From positions 1-31,337 of the forward strand of contig JBOFUV010000129.1 of assembly GCA_051652765.1 (NCBI GenBank): DNA of 31,337 nucleotides, read 5' to 3'. How positions within the stretch are numbered: position 1 is the first letter of the stretch; the number at the start of each line of letters is the position of its first letter. The notes under the pieces were generated by a model. That model saw nothing but the letters and a program-made list of their open reading frames with translations, searched no databases and was not told the origin of the DNA. Positions 9,286 through 18,516 of the stretch are shown here, piece after piece. A program made the translations under genes and the position numbers. Source of the stretch: Microcoleaceae cyanobacterium (GTDB lineage Bacteria > Cyanobacteriota > Cyanobacteriia > Cyanobacteriales > Microcoleaceae).

Positions 9286-12200
9286 TTAGGTTGCTAAACT
9301 CACACCAAATTCAGCCATCATTTGCTCGACTTGAGCAGCAACAAGCGGATCAGGATCTTTTTGCAGCATTGGCAACAATTCTACCAGAGCGCGCTGTGAT
9401 GCAATCTCCAGGTAAGACAAGACTGACTCCCGCACAAAACCCGTCGGATGGCGCAAACACATCAACGTTTGTTCTGCTGTTAAGCTCCACCGAGCTGAAC
9501 GAGCGAGATGAAAACAACAGGCAAGCGTCCAATCAGATAAGAAATGGCGCAGTTCCAACAGATGACGCAACCGCTGATTGGGCTGCATGGGCCGATAGGT
9601 CATCAGAGAGGCCAGGGATTGGAGTTTTTCTAGTTCAGAACGGCGGTCGAGTACCGTAATCAGGGCCAGCTTACTAGAAATATCAACGGTATTGTCTAGA
9701 ATTTCCAGGCCACGAGCCACATTCGATGATGTCCCAGACCGAATATTAAAGGACGCAGCCTGAATCGAGCTAGCCGCATAAAGAAATTTCATCAGCAGAA
9801 AACAGCGTTCGATCGCGTCGGATTCTAGGCCCAAGAGCGCCCGGTAGAGTAAATCCTGTGGGGACTGCTCCTCCGCCATTGTCGTCAGGAGGTCAGTCGT
9901 TTTGAAGCTTGGGGTGAGTTCTAAGTCAATCAAAGCACTGTAGAGCTGACCCATAAACATGAGTTCTTGCTCAATCAAAGTCTCTAGGCCACTGCGGCCC
10001 ATCCGATCCAGAACCCGATCAATCCCAACCTCATCCGGCACCTTTTGTAAAATCCGCAGAATATTCCGGCGGGTCATGCCCCAAGAGGTCATCAAATAAT
10101 TGACCAATGTATCCAATGCTTCTAGAGTCCCCACTTCTCCAATGGCTGACCAAGCTTGCTGACGGATCAATTCGGGTTTGTAGATGTCTTCTGCAATTTG
10201 CACCAGTAGAGGAATTGCCTCATTGCCTAACCGTACCAAGGCTTGCCGGGATGCCTCCCGAGTTGATCGATAGGACAGGGCTTTAAGCAGCGAGGGATAG
10301 TACTCTTCCATCTGAGTCGCTGCAATCACATCTAGCAACGCACAGCGAACCCGCAGAGACTCGTCCTGAAGTAAGGTATTGAGGTAGAGCCGCAACCCCT
10401 GCAGGTAGTCCGCCTCCCCTAATGCCCGTGTCCCCATGACTCGTTCTCGTTCATGGGGAGAGGTAATCATGCGCCGAATCGTATTAGTTGCGATCGCTTT
10501 TTGTTCGCGATCGCCCCGCTTCAAAATCAGGGCTGCCGCCGTTCCTCGCACAATCGGATCAACCTGAGGCTGAAGGTATGGGCGCAACTGTTCAACATCA
10601 GGGGCAGCTTCAGTCAACCAGATATATCGAAGGGCCAAGGCTAGAACTTCTGGAGAAAGGGTCTGTTGAGTCAAGGCTCGGACAGCATCCAAATAAGCTG
10701 GATTGGGGTGGTTCAGCATCACCTCTAGACTCTGGCGCTGAAGGGCCGGGGACAACTCTCCCAACAAAGGCACCAAGGTCTCACCAACATTTTTAGGGTC
10801 GAACTGAGTCAGTAGCTCAATGCAGGAGCGCTTGTCGGCCTCTGGCTTGGGTTGTTGCAAAGTCTCTGCTACAGATTGTTTCAAGCGTCGGATGTTGACA
10901 TCTGTTGTCCCCAACCGGCCCCGTTCTGCACTCTGAACCAGCAAACTAACATACTGAGAACGAATCACCAAGACAATTCCAATCCAAACTAAAGCCAGAG
11001 CAATAATTACCAGGATGAATACTAAGCTCTGCTGATTCTGAAAGATGCGCTCCGAGGTCTCAGGCAAGAACCATCGGCAGAACCAAAGAATGACTAAGAT
11101 TCCAAAGCCCGTTAAGCCCGTTGAGAGGGGCTCAAATACACCATTCACTAAGGTTTGAATATCGCTGCGGGTATTGTCTGGTAACGGTTGGAATAAAACC
11201 GCTCCTGTAGTTTCAATCAGGGTGTAGTGAAATAATTCATCTAAGAACCGCAGAATTGCAAAGCCAACAAAGGCCGAAAACAAGCCCGTGAGACCGCCGA
11301 TCAATGAAAATGCTCCCAACAGAGCAATGCCCACTGGCAAGACTATCGCTGTGACAAATACCCCCGACCGTTCTACCAAACGACTGGCTGCAAACCATTG
11401 GGTCGCGACCTGAAATGTACTGAGAATACCCTCGAAAATTCCTAAGAAGCTGACAATACTACTTGCGCCTTCTCCCCGATATTCAAGCTGGCTGAAAAAT
11501 TGAAAATCTACCAGCACATAAAGCACCTCTGCCATCACAAAAAAGCCGATCAAGGGCACTACATATCCCTGTAACGGGCCCTTGATATCGCGGCTGCTAA
11601 ACTCGGGCTGTTCGTCTTCTGGCATCCACCGAGAAGAGTCAGGGAAAAACTGTTGATAGCGCCTAGAGAGATAAAACAAGATCCCTGCCCCAGCCAAAAC
11701 CATCACTCCTGACAGAATCGTGACATTATTCAGCCCCACAAGCTTGAGCACAATCGGCAGGGAAAAACCGCTGAATACTCCAGCAACCAAAAACCCGCTA
11801 CTCACAATAGGGTAGGTTCGTTTGATCTCTCGGATATTGAACAGTTGGTTGGATGTAATTGAATTATTGAGGTCGTTCAGGAGATAACAAGCCTCGACCC
11901 ACAGCCACATCAGAAACAGCGTGATAAATTCAATACTCAACCCCAAAATTTGAATATTGCTCAGCCCCAGTCCAAACCGAAAAAGAAACAGGGGAACTGC
12001 CATCAGGATCAAGATCACCACAATCACCTGTCGCAGGGGTAGAACCCTCTGGAGCCAAGAGTAGATAACTCCCAAGCTTGAACCAATTGCCGCACTGGCA
12101 ATGTAGATCCAGGGTAGCTTGTCAGCACCGTACTGGTCGATAAATAAACCAACCGTGCTAATTTCTAACCAAACCAAGCCGATAGAGGTCAGAGTATAAA

Positions 12201-12303
12201 CAGCGAACAGTAAGAATGTTCGCTCCATCTCCTCCGAACGTAAGTTTAGCCCTCGAAGCACCCTTTGCCCTACTGCAGTAGAGCTAGCAACTGGCTTATC
12301 CAT
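9286..12303 (-). CDS. NTT/Npt1-like MFS transporter fused to HEAT repeats
   Basis: About 12 hydrophobic segments in the first ~450 aa with LPWIYI and LFNIREIKRTYP motifs, followed by HEAT/PBS-lyase-like repeats (LLQDESLRVRCALL, DPIVRGTAA, HPTGFVRESVL, DPDPLVAAQ). Confidence 0.82.
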   Translation of the reverse strand: MDKPVASSTAVGQRVLRGLNLRSEEMERTFLLFAVYTLTSIGLVWLEISTVGLFIDQYGADKLPWIYIASAAIGSSLGVIYSWLQRVLPLRQVIVVILILMAVPLFLFRFGLGLSNIQILGLSIEFITLFLMWLWVEACYLLNDLNNSITSNQLFNIREIKRTYPIVSSGFLVAGVFSGFSLPIVLKLVGLNNVTILSGVMVLAGAGILFYLSRRYQQFFPDSSRWMPEDEQPEFSSRDIKGPLQGYVVPLIGFFVMAEVLYVLVDFQFFSQLEYRGEGASSIVSFLGIFEGILSTFQVATQWFAASRLVERSGVFVTAIVLPVGIALLGAFSLIGGLTGLFSAFVGFAILRFLDELFHYTLIETTGAVLFQPLPDNTRSDIQTLVNGVFEPLSTGLTGFGILVILWFCRWFLPETSERIFQNQQSLVFILVIIALALVWIGIVLVIRSQYVSLLVQSAERGRLGTTDVNIRRLKQSVAETLQQPKPEADKRSCIELLTQFDPKNVGETLVPLLGELSPALQRQSLEVMLNHPNPAYLDAVRALTQQTLSPEVLALALRYIWLTEAAPDVEQLRPYLQPQVDPIVRGTAAALILKRGDREQKAIATNTIRRMITSPHERERVMGTRALGEADYLQGLRLYLNTLLQDESLRVRCALLDVIAATQMEEYYPSLLKALSYRSTREASRQALVRLGNEAIPLLVQIAEDIYKPELIRQQAWSAIGEVGTLEALDTLVNYLMTSWGMTRRNILRILQKVPDEVGIDRVLDRMGRSGLETLIEQELMFMGQLYSALIDLELTPSFKTTDLLTTMAEEQSPQDLLYRALLGLESDAIERCFLLMKFLYAASSIQAASFNIRSGTSSNVARGLEILDNTVDISSKLALITVLDRRSELEKLQSLASLMTYRPMQPNQRLRHLLELRHFLSDWTLACCFHLARSARWSLTAEQTLMCLRHPTGFVRESVLSYLEIASQRALVELLPMLQKDPDPLVAAQVEQMMAEFGVSLAT

Positions 12304-12387
12304 TCAGTGATGAGACCCGTTGAAATAACTGTTTCTCAATTGTAGGTTCTGAAGCTCTATTTGTAAGGCAGAGAAGGGTTGAAGTCA

Positions 12388-12443
12388 TCAACTACTTTTT
12401 GTCAACTACTTTTTGTCAACTATTTGGTGTCAACTACTTTTTG
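12388..12443. repeat. 14-bp tandem repeat TCAACTACTTTTTG x4 overlapping the infC stop codon
   Basis: Units at 12388, 12402, 12416 (variant) and 12430; the last unit contains infC AAA-AAG-TAG. Confidence 0.9.
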
Positions 12444-12967
12444 GGGGATAACAACATGGTCATATTCCGCCCCTCTTGTTTGGGAGCCTGCTGAATCTCT
12501 GCATGTTCCTGTAGATCAATCACCATTCGGTCTAACAGATCCTTTGCCAAGTTGCTGTGCTGAATTTCACGACCCCGAAACATGATCGTCACTTTTACCT
12601 TGTCCCCATCGTGGAGGAAACTTTTGGCCTTGTTCACGTTCGTGTTGTAGTCATGATCCCCAATCTTGTAGCGCATCTTAATCTCTTTGACATCAGCCGT
12701 ATGCTGCTTCTTCCTGGCTTCCCGAGCCCGCTTCTCCTGTTCAAACTTGTACTTGCCGTAGTCCATAATGCGACAGACCGGTGGATCGGCCTTGTCACTC
12801 ACGAGGACTAAATCCAGCTCTCGCTCCTCCGCAAACCGAACGGCTTCTCGAGGAGAAAGGATTCCAAGCTGAGCACCGTCCGCATCAATAACGCGCACCT
12901 TGGGGAATCGAATATTGTCGTTGATTTGGGGTAAATTGCGATTTTTTTTCTTTTCAATGACAGACAT
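12434..12967 (-). CDS. infC: Translation initiation factor IF-3
   Basis: [21 protein letters not shown]…[36 protein letters not shown]. Confidence 0.98.
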   Translation of the reverse strand: MSVIEKKKNRNLPQINDNIRFPKVRVIDADGAQLGILSPREAVRFAEERELDLVLVSDKADPPVCRIMDYGKYKFEQEKRAREARKKQHTADVKEIKMRYKIGDHDYNTNVNKAKSFLHDGDKVKVTIMFRGREIQHSNLAKDLLDRMVIDLQEHAEIQQAPKQEGRNMTMLLSPKK

Positions 12968-13140
12968 TAAGCAGGAAGTCCGAAAATGTTTAGTTTGAAT
13001 CTAGCGTGTCTCACATGTGAATATTGTACTCAGCCTCACTCTATTTCCGCCAAGACTTAACTTAAATTCTAAGAATGGTAGATTTGAGTTAAAGATTGTA
13101 AACTAGCTATCATTTAAGCAGAGTAAAGCTAAGGTATGGC

Positions 13141-14097
13141 GTGATCAACTCAGTCCCCTGGCAGCAACGGATTGGCAACCAAAGAGATTGGGTATGGCGG
13201 GGGTGGCGGATTCGCTATACCTATTTTAGATCGGCTCAGAATGGGGCAACTGCTACCTCGAATCCCCCGATTATTTTTCTCCATGGCTTTGGAGCTTCTA
13301 TTGGCCACTGGCGAGAAAACCTCAGCGTTTTCAGCCGTTCTCACCCTGTCTATGCCTTGGACTTACTGGGATTTGGAGCTTCAGAAAAAGCTATTGCTCC
13401 CTACAATGCTGAGCTTTGGGCAGAACTCGTTTATGACTTCTGGCAAACTTTCATTGGCCACCCCGCCATCTTAGTCGGGAATTCCATCGGATCTTTGATT
13501 GGCTTAGTTGCGGCTGCAACCTATCCCCAACTAGCTCGAGGTCTGGTGATGATTAGTTTGCCCGACCCATCGGTTCAGCTAGAAGCCATTCCAGCTTGGA
13601 TGCTGCCGTTGGTGGAAGTGATTCAGAGCTTAGTCGCGTCTCCCCTGCTTTTGAGACCTGTATTTTACTGGGTGCGTCGTCCTTCTGTTTTACGACAGTG
13701 GGCTAAGCTTGCCTATCAAAATCCAGAGGCGGTGACGGAGGAACTGCTGGAGATTTTCATTCGACCAACGGGCGATCGCGGCGCTGCCCGAGCCTTTTGT
13801 GCTCTGTTCAAGGCCATGGGAAATCCTCGGTTAGGGCCGGGTGTAAAAACATTACTGCCGCAACTGAAGATTCCAATTTTGCTAATCTGGGGCAACCAAG
13901 ACCGATTGATTCCCCTCAAGTTTGTTCAACCGAAAAAGTATTTGCAGTATAGCTCCAACTTGAAATTGATTGAACTGGATCAAGCAGGGCATTGTCCCCA
14001 TGATGAATGTCCTGAACAAGTCAATCAGGAAATCCTCAACTGGCTTGCGAGTCTTGCCGTAAAACCTCGATCTGAAGAATTGGAGGCCAATTGCTGA
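13141..14097 (+). CDS. Alpha/beta fold hydrolase
   Basis: HGFGAS, ALDLLGFG, nucleophile elbow GNSIG, WGNQD, AGHCPHDE. Confidence 0.92.
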   Translation: MINSVPWQQRIGNQRDWVWRGWRIRYTYFRSAQNGATATSNPPIIFLHGFGASIGHWRENLSVFSRSHPVYALDLLGFGASEKAIAPYNAELWAELVYDFWQTFIGHPAILVGNSIGSLIGLVAAATYPQLARGLVMISLPDPSVQLEAIPAWMLPLVEVIQSLVASPLLLRPVFYWVRRPSVLRQWAKLAYQNPEAVTEELLEIFIRPTGDRGAARAFCALFKAMGNPRLGPGVKTLLPQLKIPILLIWGNQDRLIPLKFVQPKKYLQYSSNLKLIELDQAGHCPHDECPEQVNQEILNWLASLAVKPRSEELEANC

Positions 14098-14313
14098 GCA
14101 TCAATTCGGGCAACTTCAGCAGTCTTGAATATTCAGCCACTAGAATGCCAGTATCTTGCCCTCTTTTCAGCACGTCTTTCTAGATAGACAGAGCAAAAAT
14201 CCTATCCTAAAGTCTCAAAATTCAGAGCCGATTACGATAGATAAATAAAGCTATAGTTTTAACTATAGAATCTTTCAGGCTCTAGGAGCAATGAATCGAC
14301 TTGAGATGAGCTA

Positions 14314-16146
14314 ATGAAAACGTGCTGGTCGAGTATGCTGCAAAAAATTTCTCCACTTCGGACTATTCTGACCTCTTTGAAGGATACGAATGCGCTTCCT
14401 GAATACTATAACAACCTGACTCAGGTTTCTTATAAAACATGGCGAGAACGCATCTTTAAAATCAGATTAGATCTAGCTTTTGAATTGGCCATCTGTAAAG
14501 ATGTCGCCCTAGTTTTTTTTCGTATTGGACAGTTATTTTTACATGGGAAACAAGAGAAAATTTTACTTGAGCTGATCAGTCCAATTGTTCGATTACTAAG
14601 TTTAATTTTCTGTCTTTCGTCACTACAAACCACTTGGGGAAAACGCCATCTGAGTTGGATTTTCATTGGCTTCTCTTCATCGCTGATGATTAGTGAACGG
14701 CTTGTTAGTTCAGTCTATATGCTAGATAGCGAGCCAATTTTTAGATCGGATTGGTATTTAACTTTTTTAACACAAGCCATCCTAATTCCAGTTTCTTGGA
14801 GGCTGCACCTGATCTCACAAGTGACAGTTCTAGGATGCTATTTTTTGATTAATCCCAAAACATCTTTACCCAGCTTTGACTTGTTAAAGATGTTTTGGGT
14901 CTGTCTGATCTGTAATCTTTCTGTTTTCCTTTACGAGCGTTTACAGCGTCGAGTTTTTAAGTCACGACAGGAGCTTGAAAGAGCGTATCAAGAGCTTGAA
15001 AGTACGGAAGCCAAGTATCGAAGTATTTTCGAGAATTCAGTTGAAGGATTATTTCAATCATCGCCTGCAGGGCGCTTTATTAGCGTCAACCAAACTTTAG
15101 CGCATATTTATGGCTACAATTCACCCGAAGAAATGATGCTTAAAGTCACTGATATTGGTCATCAGATGTATGCTGACTATAATCGCTGGGCAGAGTTTAT
15201 TGACTTAATTAGTCAGCAAGAATCTGTTCTAGCATTTGAATCTCAAGTCTATCGAGCGGATGGTGAAATTATCTGGATTTCAGAAAATGTTCGCGCGGTG
15301 CGAGATACTACAGGAAAAATTATTTCCTATGAGGGCGGTGTTCAAGATATCACCGAACGCAAGCAAGCTGAGGCCGAAGTTCATAAAGCTCTCCAGCAAG
15401 AAAAGGAACTTAATCAATTAAAATCTCGCTTTGTCTCCATGATCTCCCATGAATTTCGGACTCCTTTAACGACGATCTTAGGTGCAGCAGAAGCCCTAGA
15501 ACACTATGGTTATAGATGGAGTGAAGAGAAAAAACAAAGATACTTAAATCGGATTCAGACCACTGTTCAACACATGGATGAACTCTTGAGTGATGTTTTG
15601 TTAATCAGCCAATCAGAATCCTATAAACTACCATTCAATCCGGCCTCAATGGATCTAGAAATATTCTGTCAAAATTTAGTTGAAGAAATTCAATTGAGCA
15701 TTGGAGAAAAACATCGACTGATTTTTTTGCCTCCCAAAAAGAGTCCTAATTCTTCTGACAATCTCCCTTTTATGGACGAAAGATTGCTGAGACAAATCTT
15801 TAGTAATTTACTCTCTAATGCAATTAAATATTCACCTCAGGGAGGTCGAGTTGAGTTTAAACTTATTTATGATAAAAATCAGGCTAGATTTACAGTTCAA
15901 GATGAAGGGATTGGGATTCCTGCACAGGACTTAAAGCATCTATTTGAATCATTTCATCGGGCTAAAAACGTAGGAACAATTCCGGGAACAGGACTTGGGC
16001 TAGCCATTGTTAAACGGTCTGTTGAAATTCATGGCGGAGAGATAACTGTACAGAGCAAAGTCGAAAAAGGTACAATATTTACAGTGAGTTTGCCACTCTT
16101 TTATATTCAGGAGCAGGACTCTGATGAAGCAAATTATAGTTATTGA
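14314..16146 (+). CDS. Membrane-bound PAS sensor histidine kinase
   Basis: N-terminal TM region, PAS/PAC (YRSIFEN…QDITERK), H-box SHEFRTPL, N-box NLLSNAIKYS, DEGIGI, GTGLGL; start uncertain. Confidence 0.92.
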   Translation: MKTCWSSMLQKISPLRTILTSLKDTNALPEYYNNLTQVSYKTWRERIFKIRLDLAFELAICKDVALVFFRIGQLFLHGKQEKILLELISPIVRLLSLIFCLSSLQTTWGKRHLSWIFIGFSSSLMISERLVSSVYMLDSEPIFRSDWYLTFLTQAILIPVSWRLHLISQVTVLGCYFLINPKTSLPSFDLLKMFWVCLICNLSVFLYERLQRRVFKSRQELERAYQELESTEAKYRSIFENSVEGLFQSSPAGRFISVNQTLAHIYGYNSPEEMMLKVTDIGHQMYADYNRWAEFIDLISQQESVLAFESQVYRADGEIIWISENVRAVRDTTGKIISYEGGVQDITERKQAEAEVHKALQQEKELNQLKSRFVSMISHEFRTPLTTILGAAEALEHYGYRWSEEKKQRYLNRIQTTVQHMDELLSDVLLISQSESYKLPFNPASMDLEIFCQNLVEEIQLSIGEKHRLIFLPPKKSPNSSDNLPFMDERLLRQIFSNLLSNAIKYSPQGGRVEFKLIYDKNQARFTVQDEGIGIPAQDLKHLFESFHRAKNVGTIPGTGLGLAIVKRSVEIHGGEITVQSKVEKGTIFTVSLPLFYIQEQDSDEANYSY

Positions 16147-17224
16147 AGACGAACTCGATGTGCGAGAAATTATTTTAGACATACTTGATGCTGAAAATTT
16201 TTCAGTGCTTGGAGCAGAAAATGGTCAAGAAGGCATTCAGTTAGTTCAGGAAACTCTTCCAGATTTAGTAATTTGTGATGTTATGATGCCAGAGCTAAAT
16301 GGCTATGACGTGTTGGCAGCTCTACGAGAAAATCAGGCTACTGCCACAATTCCTTTTATTTTTCTAACTGCAAAATCAACAAAGTCTGATCTCCGACAAG
16401 GCATGGATTCAGGTGCAGATGACTATCTAACTAAGCCTTTTACTCGAAAGGAGTTGTTGAATGCAATTTCCAGTCGCATCCAAAAACAAGAAGTCATTGA
16501 ACAAAAAAACCAGGATCAGCTCAATAAACTCCGGAGTAATATTACGTTTGCATTACCCCATGAGTTACGAACTCCATTGAATGGAATTATTAGTTTTTCT
16601 ACAATTCTACTAGAAGAGCTTTCAGAACTTCCGACAGAGGAAGTTCAAGAAATGTTAACTGATATCCAATATTCAGCCCAAAGGCTTAATCGAATCATCT
16701 GTAACTTTTTATTGTATGCTGACCTTGAACTTCTAGCTCATGATCCAGAACGAAGAAAAAAACTACCTCTGGGTTCGATTCCATCTCCCAGTATCTTAGT
16801 CAAATATGTGATCGATCGAGCTTCTCAAGCTTCCCCAGAAAGGGCACAAGATGTGTGCCTAGATCTCTGCTCGGATATAGAAATAAAAGTCTCAGAGGAT
16901 TTCTTAAAAAAGATTGTTGAAGAGTTAGTTGATAATGCCATAAAATTCTCAATACCGGGTCAAAAAGTTTACTTAAAAACTCAATTGAGTAATCAGTATT
17001 ATTGTCTTAAGGTAATTGATCAGGGACGAGGAATGACAGTAGAACAGGTGACTAATATTGGAGCCTATCAACAGTTTGATCGCAAGCAATATGAACAACA
17101 AGGTTCTGGACTTGGGCTAGCCATCATCAAGCAATTGATTGAGCTTCAGTCTGGAGAGTTGAGCATTGAAAGTGTGCCAGAAAAAGGAACAACAGTCAGT
17201 GTTTTTCTCCCGATTGTGGTTTAG
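16124..17224 (+). CDS. Hybrid receiver-histidine kinase (REC-HisKA-HATPase)
   Basis: IED, CDVMMP, FLTAK, DDYLTKPF receiver; PHELRTPL, DNAIKFS, DQGRGM, GSGLGL; overlaps the upstream kinase by 23 nt. Confidence 0.92.
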   Translation: MKQIIVIEDELDVREIILDILDAENFSVLGAENGQEGIQLVQETLPDLVICDVMMPELNGYDVLAALRENQATATIPFIFLTAKSTKSDLRQGMDSGADDYLTKPFTRKELLNAISSRIQKQEVIEQKNQDQLNKLRSNITFALPHELRTPLNGIISFSTILLEELSELPTEEVQEMLTDIQYSAQRLNRIICNFLLYADLELLAHDPERRKKLPLGSIPSPSILVKYVIDRASQASPERAQDVCLDLCSDIEIKVSEDFLKKIVEELVDNAIKFSIPGQKVYLKTQLSNQYYCLKVIDQGRGMTVEQVTNIGAYQQFDRKQYEQQGSGLGLAIIKQLIELQSGELSIESVPEKGTTVSVFLPIVV

Positions 17225-18105
17225 TGAAGTAACTGTCGAATCATCTGATTGGCTTGTGAACCATATCCCCCACCAAATAAGTTGAAATGGTTCAGAATAT
17301 GGTAGAGATTGTAAAGAATTTTACGATGCTTATAGCCCGGTTCTAGAGGCCAAACTTTATTGTATCCTTCATAAAACTCGGGTGAAAATCCACCAAACAG
17401 TTCAGTCATTGCGATATCAACTTCGCGATCGCCAAAATACGTTGCCGGATCAAAAATTACAGGCTCACCAGTTAAAGTTACTGCAGCATTTCCTCCCCAT
17501 AAATCACCATGAACTAAAGAGGGTTGCGGTTGATGGTTTGCCAATAACTCTGGAATTCTTCGCAGTAGTTCTTCGGCTTGCTCAAAAGACCCGCCTTGAC
17601 GTTTTGCCAATCTAAATTGATAGCCAATTCGATGTTCTTCCCAAAAGTCAGCCCAATGTTCTGTCCAAGTATTAATTTGAGGGGTAGAGCCAACGGTGTT
17701 ATTAATTTCCCAGCCAAACTGATGCCAACCAGGATAGAATTTAGGAGCACGCCATTGATGCATTAAAGCCAGTTTATGACCCATTTCAGCCATTTCCTGA
17801 GAGCCAGTTCGCCCGCCTATTTCTAACCATGACATCACAATGTAGGCTGAACTTCCTGCTATTCCCCAACAGATAGGGCGTGGAACTTGTATCGTTTGCG
17901 TGTTCCACATTTGTTGGATGCCGAGAGCTTCAGCTTCAAACATGGCAACGTGTGAAGCTTGATTTAATTTCACAAAGTAGTTAATCGAGTGATCGCTCAA
18001 CCGATAACCCTGATTAATGCATCCTCCTCCTACAGATTGTCTATCTTTGACTTCAAATTTTTTTCCAGTTGCCTGGGTAATTTGTTCAGCAATCTGATCC
18101 CACAT
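17221..18105 (-). CDS. Fructosamine kinase family protein
   Basis: GGGCIN, YFVKLN, MFEAEALG, PSLVHGDLWGGN, FDPATYFGDREVDIAMTELFGGF. Confidence 0.95.
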   Translation of the reverse strand: MWDQIAEQITQATGKKFEVKDRQSVGGGCINQGYRLSDHSINYFVKLNQASHVAMFEAEALGIQQMWNTQTIQVPRPICWGIAGSSAYIVMSWLEIGGRTGSQEMAEMGHKLALMHQWRAPKFYPGWHQFGWEINNTVGSTPQINTWTEHWADFWEEHRIGYQFRLAKRQGGSFEQAEELLRRIPELLANHQPQPSLVHGDLWGGNAAVTLTGEPVIFDPATYFGDREVDIAMTELFGGFSPEFYEGYNKVWPLEPGYKHRKILYNLYHILNHFNLFGGGYGSQANQMIRQLLH

Positions 18106-18267
18106 AAGCTATTTTAAACAACAATTTTTAATATTAATTCTTCTGATAGTCCTGAAGATTTTATCTAAAGATCTTACATTTAAATCGGTATGAAATACAA
18201 CTCAGTTTTCCCTTTTCAAGGAAGATACAGAAGGATTACTCTGCATTACAACCAAACGAAACCTGTT

Positions 18268-18371
18268 GTAAGCAATCAGCAATAACTGGTAAGAAGGTAT
18301 TGCTCCTCCTCGGAGACGAAGTCCCCAAACCCCTGTCTAAGATCTCTCATGATTGATTTAGGATTACTATA
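18268..18371 (+). mobile_element. Degenerate MITE-like small repeat, copy C (TIRs + GACGAAG/GGCGAAG cargo)
   Basis: Right end 18345-18371 is the reverse complement of 19931-19957 at 21/27 positions (hand count); left end AGCAATCAGCAATAACTGGTAAGA is a degenerate TIR; core matches copies A and B. Confidence 0.6.
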
Positions 18372-18397
18372 TCTGGAAATCTTATCATGATCTCTGA

Positions 18398-18500
18398 TGC
18401 AGAAATCTGATTTAAAGTGTGAATCTGGAGTCGGCATCTTGCCCGCACAGGCTAGCAGTCTGCACCACAAATATCTCACAAATTATTCCTGATTTCTATG
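18398..18500 (-). mobile_element. Degenerate MITE-like small repeat, copy D (TIRs + REP-doublet cargo)
   Basis: TGGAGTCGGCATCTTGCCCGC-ACAGGCTAGCAGTCTGCACCAC (two REP-like palindromes head to head); end 18474-18500 matches the 19931-19957 TIR at 21/27 (hand count). Confidence 0.65.
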
Positions 18501-18516
18501 TGATAAAGATTACAGG

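Noticed and set aside
18276..18479. 67-aa ORF (and 19930-20190, 19952-20161)
   Set aside because: These are translations of the non-coding repeat elements B, C and D
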